A stretch of 42,367 nucleotides of DNA from Gaiellaceae bacterium (GTDB lineage Bacteria; Actinomycetota; Thermoleophilia; Gaiellales; Gaiellaceae). The stretch lies in assembly GCA_035641605.1 (NCBI GenBank), contig DASQTZ010000044.1, positions 1-42,367 of the forward strand. Direction: 5' to 3'. A model generated the notes under the pieces. That model did not search any database. It was not told where the DNA came from and saw only the letters and a program-made list of their open reading frames with translations. The position numbers were made by a program, and so were the translations under genes. Shown here in pieces: positions 33,741 to 41,137 of this stretch. How positions within the stretch are numbered: the first letter of the stretch is position 1; every line of letters begins with the position of its first letter.

Positions 33741-34657
33741 GAGCAGCTGGGCGGTATCGTCCGCACAAAGCTGCGATCGACGCCTGGCCTGGACGCATCG
33801 AGCGAAACCGCGAGGTGCCAGAAGCCAGCTTCACCGCGCTTGCCGCCGCGCCCCTTGGCGTAGCTCGTCGCCTTGAGCCGCTGGAAGTAGGTGAAGTCGG
33901 CGTGACCTTGGTCCTCGCGGCAGAACCGACCGCGCTTGGCGATGCCGAGGTGGCGGAGCGCTGTTGCCTTCCCAGGGTCGGCCTTGTCGAACTGGAGCCA
34001 GATGAGGACATCACCGTTCACCCAGCGGTAATGCCTTGGGGCGGTCTGGCGGCCCCGGAGCGGGTTGTCGTTGAAGAACGCTGCCAGTCGCCTGATCTCA
34101 GCGCGCGTGAGGCGGTGCTGTCCGGGTCCCTGGAAGTCGGGGCGCGGCACGCTGGATCCGCAGGCCGGCCCGGGTGTCGGCGAGAACGCATAGTCGACGC
34201 CCGGCACGACCTTTCCGGACGAGGAGTCGAACTCGTCGACTGCGACCCAGAGCAGCCAGTAGCCTTGGTTCCAACCGGGCGGCCCGCCGTGGCCAGCCCC
34301 ATAGCTTGGAGAGTTGAGCCGGTGGTAGTGCGTGAAGCCGCCGGTGGCGCCGCGCGGTTGAGCCTCGGCGCAGAACGTGCCCTTGACGGACATGCCGACG
34401 TACCGCAAGGCCCGCGCCTCAGCGACCCGCGGCCGGTCGAACTGGACGAACATCGAGACGTTCTCGTTCACCCACCTGTATTGCCTCGGCGCGACCTGAC
34501 CGCCGGTGAAGGGGTTGTCGGTGAACAGGCCGAAGAGCGACTGGATGTGGCCTGCCGGAGTGGTCGGTCGTGCGGTGGTCTGAGCTTTTGCACTTGCGAG
34601 CAGACCGGCGAGGACGAAAGCGATGAACGCGGCGGCAGTGATCCGGCTGAGCCTCAT
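33731..34657 (-). CDS. Secreted protein made of two tandem copies of an unrecognised ~110-aa domain
   Basis: GGAGGGG RBS and signal peptide MRLSRITAAAFIAFVLAGLLASAKA. Repeat 1 is IQSLFGLFTDNPFTGGQVAPRQYRWVNENV...ALRYVGM..GTFC...FTHYHRL...GYWLLWVAVD. Repeat 2 is IRRLAAFFNDNPLRGRQTAPRHYRWVNGDV...ALRHLGI..GRFC...FTYFQRL...GFWHLAVSLD. Confidence 0.7.
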   Translation of the reverse strand: MRLSRITAAAFIAFVLAGLLASAKAQTTARPTTPAGHIQSLFGLFTDNPFTGGQVAPRQYRWVNENVSMFVQFDRPRVAEARALRYVGMSVKGTFCAEAQPRGATGGFTHYHRLNSPSYGAGHGGPPGWNQGYWLLWVAVDEFDSSSGKVVPGVDYAFSPTPGPACGSSVPRPDFQGPGQHRLTRAEIRRLAAFFNDNPLRGRQTAPRHYRWVNGDVLIWLQFDKADPGKATALRHLGIAKRGRFCREDQGHADFTYFQRLKATSYAKGRGGKRGEAGFWHLAVSLDASRPGVDRSFVRTIPPSCSKT

Positions 34658-34737
34658 GAGCTATCCCCTCCAGGCGACGGGTCGCGGGTCCTTTCACCTG
34701 GTCCGTACGCGACGGCGGAGCGGTGTGGATCCCTCGT

Positions 34738-35505
34738 CTAGCGGCCGGCGCGCCAGCGAAGGACCGGCTGGCCATTGGGCCGCTTGCTGCCCCTTGGCTG
34801 TTCGATGAGACGCGCTTCCTGGTAGACCGGTCCCGCCCGGTTCGCCTCGAAGAGGATGAGGCCGAAGCCGCTCGAGTCGATCGGGAGCACGCCGACGAGC
34901 CGCGTTTTGCCCCCGCTCGTCAGCCAGAAGTGGTATGCGCGACCACGGCGAGGCTGGGGCAGGCGGGCCGCCATGGCAACGACGTGCGGCATGTCGGCGC
35001 GACTGAAGACCTTGCCGTACGCACGGGAGTCGGAGCCTTGGGGGGGTAGGAGGACGGCCTTCCTCGTCTCCCGGGAGTCGACGACCTCCAAGACGAGCTC
35101 CTGCTGGACCTGAAGGCGCGCGATGCGCGCGCGAAGGTCGCGCTCCTGGGAGAGGGCGTCGTCGAGCCGCGCGTCCCAGGCGGCGAACAGGGCGGCCAAC
35201 ACGACGCTGATAAGCGCGAGCGCCGCGCTCGGTCGCCACGACCAGTGGCGCGCATCGACGCGTTCATCCGGCGCGAGCTGACCGAGGAGTCGGGCCTTGA
35301 GTCCTGCCGGCGGTCGCAGGGGCGAAACGGCGCCCAGCGCCAGCGGCAACTTGTGCGCGGTCTCCACGAGCCCGGCAGCGAGGGCCCGGCACTCGTCGCA
35401 GGTCTCCAGATGGCGCACGACCGCCACGCGTTCGTCCTCCTGGAGCGCGCCGAGGGCGTACGCCTCCAATAGCTCCCGCTCCGTGTGGCTGCCGCGCTCC
35501 GTCAT
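34738..35505 (-). CDS. Anti-sigma factor (zf-HC2 N-terminus, single TM, RskA-like extracytoplasmic domain)
   Basis: HLETCDEC matches H-x3-C-x2-C, and there is one TM segment (ALALISVVLAALFAAW). The ATG at 35505 overlaps the sigma-factor stop (ATGA). The longer ORF to 35883 is an overlap artefact. Confidence 0.8.
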   Translation of the reverse strand: MTERGSHTERELLEAYALGALQEDERVAVVRHLETCDECRALAAGLVETAHKLPLALGAVSPLRPPAGLKARLLGQLAPDERVDARHWSWRPSAALALISVVLAALFAAWDARLDDALSQERDLRARIARLQVQQELVLEVVDSRETRKAVLLPPQGSDSRAYGKVFSRADMPHVVAMAARLPQPRRGRAYHFWLTSGGKTRLVGVLPIDSSGFGLILFEANRAGPVYQEARLIEQPRGSKRPNGQPVLRWRAGR

Positions 35506-36173
35506 CCTCGTCGCTCGGAAACTTCTCCCTCGAGGAGTTCTACGAAGGGTCCGTCTGTCAAGGATGCCCGGAGCTTCTGGAGACCGAGGCGGGTGCGCTT
35601 CTTGACGGTGCCCAAGGGACAGCCGAGCTTCTGTGCGATCTCTGATTGCGTCAGCCCTCCGAAGTACGCGAGCACGAGCACGCGACGCTGCTCCTCGGGA
35701 AGCTCTCGGACCGCATCGAGGAGTCCCCGCCGGCGGTCGTGCAACCACGTCGCCTCTTCGACGTCGGCGTCGGGGTCTTCGGCGCCCGCTAAGAGCGCGT
35801 CGATCGTGGCGAGGGTGTCGTGGCTTCTCCCGCGATGCCTGATCTCGTCGACGATACGGTGGCGCGCGATCGCCATGATCCACCCAGCGACTGAGCCTCG
35901 TGTTTCGTCGAACTGGGCCGCACGCTGCCAGATGCGGACGAATACGTCCTGAGCAACCTCCTCTGCCGGTCCGCGCCCGAGCGCGTGCGCTGCGAACGCG
36001 TAGACGTCGCGCGCGTAACGGTCGTAGAGGGCGCCGAAGGCCGCGAGGTCGCCCCCGGCCACCCGACCGATGAGGGCGGCCTCACCGGCTGCGCCCTGGC
36101 TGCGATCCTCCACGCCTGTTCGCTCTGACGCCGATAGTGGCCTTCCGGTTAGACGCGCGACAGTGTGAGACAC
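35502..36173 (-). CDS. ECF (group IV) RNA polymerase sigma factor
   Basis: Region 2 (DVFVRIWQRAAQFD...WIMAIARHRIVDEIR) and region 4 (LPEEQRRVLVLAYFGGLTQSEIAQKLGCPLGTVKKRTRLGLQKL). An alternative GTG start lies at 36113. Confidence 0.9.
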   Translation of the reverse strand: MSHTVARLTGRPLSASERTGVEDRSQGAAGEAALIGRVAGGDLAAFGALYDRYARDVYAFAAHALGRGPAEEVAQDVFVRIWQRAAQFDETRGSVAGWIMAIARHRIVDEIRHRGRSHDTLATIDALLAGAEDPDADVEEATWLHDRRRGLLDAVRELPEEQRRVLVLAYFGGLTQSEIAQKLGCPLGTVKKRTRLGLQKLRASLTDGPFVELLEGEVSERRG

Positions 36174-36184
36174 GGAGGCTGGTG

Positions 36185-36607
36185 CTAGACGGCGGAGTCG
36201 AGGATCTCGCCGCGCTCGAGGTCAGGAGGCGCGCCGTACACGAAGACGAGGAGCTCCTCGTCAGTCTCGTTGACGCTCTGGAGCGGCGTTCCGGCCTCGA
36301 GGTGGACGATGCTTCCCTGGCCGACCTGGTGGCGCTCCGGCGGATCGCCGAGATGCATCGTCAGCGTGCCGCGGACGACCACGAACGTCTCCTCCTGGAC
36401 GGGTTCTCGATGGCGGCGCCCTTTTGCGCCGGGCTCGTATCGCCAGAGGCTCCCGCGGGAGTGCTCGAGGCCGGCGCGCTCGGTCAGCCCCGCGACGTGG
36501 CGCTTGGCCTCGCCGGGCTCGGACGGACGTGTCTCCCAGTCGAGGTTGCCGGGTCGAATGACGGTGTACGCCACGAAGTCGAGTCTAGGGGAAGGCGTTG
36601 AGGCCAA
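36185..36607 (-). CDS. Cupin-domain protein
   Basis: 140 aa with a cupin beta-barrel pattern (...RHREPVQEETFVVVRGTLTMHLG...GSIVHLEAGTPLQSVN). It ends 11 nt before the sigma-factor ORF. TTG start, with an alternative internal GTG. Confidence 0.7.
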   Translation of the reverse strand: MASTPSPRLDFVAYTVIRPGNLDWETRPSEPGEAKRHVAGLTERAGLEHSRGSLWRYEPGAKGRRHREPVQEETFVVVRGTLTMHLGDPPERHQVGQGSIVHLEAGTPLQSVNETDEELLVFVYGAPPDLERGEILDSAV

Positions 36608-36681
36608 ATTTCGTCTGGAAAAACGCGGCTGATCTCCGCGTCTAGTCGATAGTGAGAGACGGAACTGGGAGGTTGGTTTCG

Positions 36682-36741
36682 ATGCGGAAGAACATCATCT
36701 GGGGTGCCGTCGTCCTCGCGCTGGTCGGACTCGCCGCCTGA
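36682..36741 (+). CDS. Possible 19-aa hydrophobic micro-protein
   Basis: GGGAGG lies 10 nt upstream of the ATG. Sequence MRKNIIWGAVVLALVGLAA followed by a stop. This rests on sequence pattern only. Confidence 0.2.
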   Translation: MRKNIIWGAVVLALVGLAA

Positions 36742-36851
36742 TCGGGCTCGTCGCGCTCGAGGGACGACGGCTCGCGGCCCGCAGCGCCCTCGGAGCCGGC
36801 GGTGGGGAGGGCTGGCTCTCCGAGAAGGCGAAGCGCGGTTAGCGTGCCCAC

Positions 36852-37574
36852 GTGGAGAGTCGGGGCCAGAGAAGCCTGCCGCCGCCTGCGTCGCCGGCAG
36901 AGCGGACCGCCGGGCAGCTCGTCGGCGAGGCGATGCGGCTCTACGGGCGGCGCTTCTGGCTGGCGCTTCTCCTCGGCGTGCCCCCGACACTGGCCGGGAT
37001 CGTGCTCGCCGCGGCCGTGGATGCCGGCGCAACCCGCACGGCCCGACTGACACTTGCGCTCGCCGTCGGGGCTCCGGCTGTGAGCGTGTCGTACGTGGGC
37101 GCCTCGTTGCTCGCCGTGGGCGGACGTCCGGCCGCGCGGACAATCGTGGTTGCCTTCGTGGCCGCCCTCCTCGTATTGCTGCCCGTGCCTTTCCTCGGCA
37201 CCCTGCTGGTCTTGCCGGCACTCGCGTGGTTCGCTCTCTTCGGACTGGCCGTGCCCGCAGCTCTCGCCGAGGGGCTAGAGCTCAGAGACGCACTCGGCCG
37301 CGCACAGCAACTCGGCCGCGCCGACTTCGTCCACGCGCTCGGCTCTCTCGCCGCGGCGGCGATCATCGTCTTCGTCAGCGCCGGCGTGCTCCGGTTTCTG
37401 CTGGTGCAATTCGGCGAGACCGCGGCCGGGGTTGCCGCCTTCATCGCAATCCTGCTGCTGTCGCCGCTGATGCTGTTCGCGGCCGCCCTTCTGTACTTCG
37501 ATCAAGCGGCGAGACTCTCTCCGGGCCCACGCCGTGAAGGCCTGACGACGCCGCGCGCACGCCGCACGAAATAG
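36852..37574 (+). CDS. Polytopic membrane protein, unknown function
   Basis: Several hydrophobic helices (FWLALLLGVPPTLAGIVLAAAV...) and G/C-rich third positions. The start is uncertain (GTG 36852 or ATG 36933). Confidence 0.6.
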   Translation: MESRGQRSLPPPASPAERTAGQLVGEAMRLYGRRFWLALLLGVPPTLAGIVLAAAVDAGATRTARLTLALAVGAPAVSVSYVGASLLAVGGRPAARTIVVAFVAALLVLLPVPFLGTLLVLPALAWFALFGLAVPAALAEGLELRDALGRAQQLGRADFVHALGSLAAAAIIVFVSAGVLRFLLVQFGETAAGVAAFIAILLLSPLMLFAAALLYFDQAARLSPGPRREGLTTPRARRTK

Positions 37575-37605
37575 AGTCAGCCGCGAGCGAAGAAAGGAGC
37601 CACGC

Positions 37606-37890
37606 ATGCCGACCTACATCCTCCTCTCCAACCTGACGGCGCAGGGCGTCCAAACCCTCAAGTCGAACCCCGAACGCCTCCGGGAGGTCAACCGCGACGT
37701 CGAGGAGCTGGGCGCGAAGGTCCTGCACCAGTGGGCGACCCTGGGCCCCTTCGACTTCGTCAACGTCGTCGAAGCTCCCGACAACGCCACGATCGCGAGG
37801 GTCTCCGTCGCGCTCGGCGCACGGGGCAGCGCCAAGTTCCAGACCCTGAGCGCGCTCACGATCGACGAGTTTCTCGGCGCCGTGACGTAA
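37606..37890 (+). CDS. GYD-domain protein
   Basis: GAAAGGAG RBS. Sequence MPTYILLSNLTAQGVQTLKSNPERL...LGPFDFVNVVEAPDNATIARVSVALGARG is typical of the GYD family. Confidence 0.85.
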   Translation: MPTYILLSNLTAQGVQTLKSNPERLREVNRDVEELGAKVLHQWATLGPFDFVNVVEAPDNATIARVSVALGARGSAKFQTLSALTIDEFLGAVT

Positions 37891-37901
37891 CCCAGGCACG
37901 G

Positions 37902-38102
37902 TTGTACGAGCTCAGCTTCGGCCAGTTTCTCCTCGTCGTGGCGTTCGCGGCCGCCGGCTCGATGCTCGTCTTCGCGCACGCCGACCGCCACGGCAACAAG
38001 CATGCGACCGCCTGGGGGGTTGCAACGTTTCTCGCGCTCGGCATCGCCATGCCCCTCTATTTCGTCCGCTACTGGCTCAGGACTCGGAGCCTACGGCGCT
38101 GA
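37902..38102 (+). CDS. Small two-TM membrane protein (PLD-N-terminal-domain-like)
   Basis: TTG start, 66 aa: FLLVVAFAAAGSMLVFAHADRHGNKHATAWGVATFLALGIAMPLYFVRYWL. Its 3' end overlaps the next gene convergently. Confidence 0.45.
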   Translation: MYELSFGQFLLVVAFAAAGSMLVFAHADRHGNKHATAWGVATFLALGIAMPLYFVRYWLRTRSLRR

Positions 38103-38976
38103 GGACCGCGTCCCAGGCGAGCTCGGACGCGACGACGCCGAGGCTCATGCTGGGCAGCTTGAGGTTCTTCACTTCGTTCGTCGAGACCGTGTAGAGCACA
38201 TCGCCGTCGACGAGCGCGTGGAACGGCTGGATCGCGCGCGCGAGCGAGGTGTGTACCTGGACGCCGAGCTGCCTCAGCTCCCGACGAGTCAGCTCCTGGT
38301 TGGTGACGACGAGCGTCAGCGTCGTGTTGCCCGGCGCCGCTTGCGGCAACTGGGCCTCGAGGCCGTCGACGAGCGCGGTTCGCAGGTTGCGGTCGGCGTC
38401 GTAGTGGCCGCGGACGACGTTCCCTTCGCGGTCGACGATCGCCCCGAATGCGTTCACGACCGTGAAGACGGCGACCTTCGTCGGGCCGAGCTGCCGGAAC
38501 GCGCCACCCTGACCGGCGAACTCACCCCCCTCGAGACCGAACGTCTTGCCGACCGTAACCGAGCGGCCGGCGCCGCACCGACCGAGCGGGAAGACGCCCT
38601 CACGCGCGGCGCGGAGCGCTTGCCGCCCGAGGTCTGCGTCCGGATAGACGGCGTTCTCGCGTCGCCCGAAGTCGTAGACGATCGCGCCCAGGACCAGTTC
38701 GACGTCCTCCCAGCCGACGGTGTAGCCGCGGATCGCCATCAACTCCGCCGCGACGCCGCAGGCCGCTTCGAGACCGTACAACGAGCCGCCGGCGAAGCAG
38801 ACGGCATGCGCCCACTCGTAGTTGCCGAGCGTCCCAGGCGAACCCCCACGGATGTCGACGGAGCAGGCAGCGCCGCCGGGCGGCAGGTGGAAGACGGTGC
38901 AGCCGGTCGGCCCCTCCTCGTACTCGGCGATCCCGATCCGGAGGCCGGGGAAGTCGAAGTGCAGCTCCCCACTCAT
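38077..38976 (-). CDS. P1/S58-family peptidase (DmpA / L-aminopeptidase-D-esterase-like, Ntn hydrolase)
   Basis: GPTGCTVF, DIRGGSPGT and the autoprocessing-site-like PGNTTLTLVVTN. ATGA overlap with psuG. Confidence 0.85.
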   Translation of the reverse strand: MSGELHFDFPGLRIGIAEYEEGPTGCTVFHLPPGGAACSVDIRGGSPGTLGNYEWAHAVCFAGGSLYGLEAACGVAAELMAIRGYTVGWEDVELVLGAIVYDFGRRENAVYPDADLGRQALRAAREGVFPLGRCGAGRSVTVGKTFGLEGGEFAGQGGAFRQLGPTKVAVFTVVNAFGAIVDREGNVVRGHYDADRNLRTALVDGLEAQLPQAAPGNTTLTLVVTNQELTRRELRQLGVQVHTSLARAIQPFHALVDGDVLYTVSTNEVKNLKLPSMSLGVVASELAWDAVLSAVGSES

Positions 38977-39854
38977 TCGGCGGCCACGGCCAGCTCGGCG
39001 GCGAGCTGCGCGTTCGCTGCGGCCAGCTCGCGGTTCACCGCGAGCGTCCGCCCGTCGCTCCGCTCGTGCAGCCGCGCGAGGACGAACGGCGTCACCTCCT
39101 GGCCACGGATGTGCTCGCTCTCGGCTTCGGCGAGCGCTTCCTCGATCAGCTCGTCCACGTCGAGGCTCTGGTCCGGCGGCCGCGTGAGCAGGACGCCGCA
39201 GCCAACCAGCTCCCAGTGAGCGCGGGCGATTCGCAGTGCCTCCTCGACCGAATCGACTCGCGCCGTTACCGGCGGGCCGCCGGCCGCGTCGTAGAACCGG
39301 GGCATCGTGTCGGTCCGCCAGCCGAGCACGGGCACGCTGAGCGCCTCGAGCATCTCCGCCGTCGCTTCAACGTCGAGCAGCGACTTCACGCCCGAGCTGA
39401 CGACGACGACGGCCGAACGGAAGAGCGCAAGCAGGTCGGCCGAGATGTCGAGCCTTGGCCCGCGATGGATGCCGCCGATCCCGCCGGTGCCCATGAACTG
39501 GATTCCGACCTGTCGGCAGACGGCGAGCGTTCCGCCCACGGTCGTGGCGCCGGTCTCGCCTGACGCGACGCAGGCGGCGAGATCCCGTGGGCCGAGCTTG
39601 CGCACGTTCGCCGTGAAGCGTTCCAGCTCGTCGGCGGTCAGCCCGACCCTGATCTCGCCGTCGAGGACCCCGATCGTCGCCGGCACTGCGCCAGCGTCGC
39701 GGATCCGCCGCTCGCTCTCCAGCCCGACCGCCGCGCCCTCCCCCGGCGGGAAGCCGTGGGCGACGATCGTCGTCTCCAGCGCGACGACGGCTGCGGCCTC
39801 GCGCACCTCGTCGGCGACGCGGATCACGGCATCGTTCCGATGTTGGCCACACAC
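38973..39854 (-). CDS. psuG: Pseudouridine-5'-phosphate glycosidase
   Basis: VVALETTIVAHGFP...ATIGVLDGEIRVGL...GATTV...TGGIGGIHRG...DISADL. An alternative GTG start at 39827 forms a GTGA overlap with the upstream kinase stop. Confidence 0.9.
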   Translation of the reverse strand: MCGQHRNDAVIRVADEVREAAAVVALETTIVAHGFPPGEGAAVGLESERRIRDAGAVPATIGVLDGEIRVGLTADELERFTANVRKLGPRDLAACVASGETGATTVGGTLAVCRQVGIQFMGTGGIGGIHRGPRLDISADLLALFRSAVVVVSSGVKSLLDVEATAEMLEALSVPVLGWRTDTMPRFYDAAGGPPVTARVDSVEEALRIARAHWELVGCGVLLTRPPDQSLDVDELIEEALAEAESEHIRGQEVTPFVLARLHERSDGRTLAVNRELAAANAQLAAELAVAAE

Positions 39855-40624
39855 CGGGCAGCCGCCTCCATCGCCAGCTCCGGCCCTCCGACCAGATAGC
39901 CCGCGCCGAGCGCATCGCCGGCGCCGGTCGTATCGACTACGTCACCGGGCACCGGGGCATAGTCCCGACCGTCGATCGTCGCGCCCCGCGCACCGCGTTT
40001 GACGATGCGCTTGTCGCTCGGCACCGGCAACTCGTCATGCTCGGCTTCGTTTCCGAAGACCACGTCCGGGCGGATCCGGAAGAAGCGCTCCGCCAGCCGC
40101 GCCGGTCCGAACTCCCGGATTACGTTGACCGACGAGAGGTCAACGCTGATGCGGGCCCCCGCGCCCCTGGCCAGATCCACCGCCCGCTCGGCGGCGGTAC
40201 CGATCGGCTCACGCATCAGCGAATACCCGGAGAGGTGGATCGCGTCGCAGCCCTCGAACCACTCCGGCTCGAGCTCCTCCGCCGTCAGCTCCGGCGCGAT
40301 ACCACGGTCGGAGATCATCGTCCGGCTCCCGTCGAGATCGACGAGCGAAACGACGACCCCGTTCCTGCTCGTCGGGGGAGGGCCGAGCACCTTCACGGCC
40401 CGCCGGAGCAGGTCGGCCTCGGCGAGCTCACCCGCCGCGTCAGCTCCACGCTTGCCGATGAAGCGCGCCTCCGCGCCGAGCGCCGCAGCCCAGGCGGCGA
40501 CGTTCGCCGCCTGCCCGCCGCCGCCGACACGGGTCTCGGCGCCCGTGTCGTCGCCCTCGGCGAGCGGCCGCGCCAGCTTGACCACTACGTCCAGGAGCAG
40601 ATCACCGAGCGTGCAGACGACCAT
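39824..40624 (-). CDS. PfkB-family carbohydrate kinase (pseudouridine kinase-like by context)
   Basis: GGGQAANVA and DTTGAGDALGAGYL motifs. The gene lies directly upstream of psuG. Confidence 0.85.
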   Translation of the reverse strand: MVVCTLGDLLLDVVVKLARPLAEGDDTGAETRVGGGGQAANVAAWAAALGAEARFIGKRGADAAGELAEADLLRRAVKVLGPPPTSRNGVVVSLVDLDGSRTMISDRGIAPELTAEELEPEWFEGCDAIHLSGYSLMREPIGTAAERAVDLARGAGARISVDLSSVNVIREFGPARLAERFFRIRPDVVFGNEAEHDELPVPSDKRIVKRGARGATIDGRDYAPVPGDVVDTTGAGDALGAGYLVGGPELAMEAAARCVANIGTMP

Positions 40625-40638
40625 GCTTCAATGCTCCC

Positions 40639-40827
40639 ATGGACGGCGAAGCTCGCGCCCGACGCCTGCGTTCGTTTCTCCTCGGCGGTCTCGTCGGCGC
40701 CTCAGCGGCACTCTCCGTGGCCCGCCGGCGGCACCGGAGGCGTCAGCGCAGCGCGACCGGGCTCGCGGCGTTCGAGGGTGCCCCCTGCTATCAGGAGCGG
40801 CTGGAAGAGCGCGAACGCCGCGTCTGA
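40639..40827 (+). CDS. Small single-TM protein, hypothetical
   Basis: 62 aa with strongly G/C-biased third codon positions. Hydrophobic segment FLLGGLVGASAALSVA followed by an Arg-rich stretch. Confidence 0.4.
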   Translation: MDGEARARRLRSFLLGGLVGASAALSVARRRHRRRQRSATGLAAFEGAPCYQERLEERERRV

Positions 40828-40852
40828 TTCGGCAACTATCCTTCATCGAGGG

Positions 40853-41137
40853 ATGCCGATCTACGAATACAAATGTCCGAGGGGACATGCGTTCGAGCTG
40901 TTCCACGGCATCTCCGAGCCGGCTCCGGAGGTCTGCCCGGTCTGCGGCGAAGGTCCCGTGACCCGCGTGCTCCATCCGGTCGCCGTCCACTTCAAAGGCT
41001 CGGGGTTCTACTCGACCGACTACGGCCGCAGGAGCCGCACATCGGCGCGCGACGGCGAAAAGCCGGAGAAGACGGATTCTGGCGGCGAGAAGAAGAAAGA
41101 GCCGGAGAAGAAGGCCGCCGCCGGCGACGCCTCCTAG
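40853..41137 (+). CDS. FmdB-family zinc-ribbon protein
   Basis: MPIYEYKCPRGHAFELF...CPVCGEG...FKGSGFYSTDY, followed by a Lys/Glu-rich tail. Confidence 0.85.
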   Translation: MPIYEYKCPRGHAFELFHGISEPAPEVCPVCGEGPVTRVLHPVAVHFKGSGFYSTDYGRRSRTSARDGEKPEKTDSGGEKKKEPEKKAAAGDAS

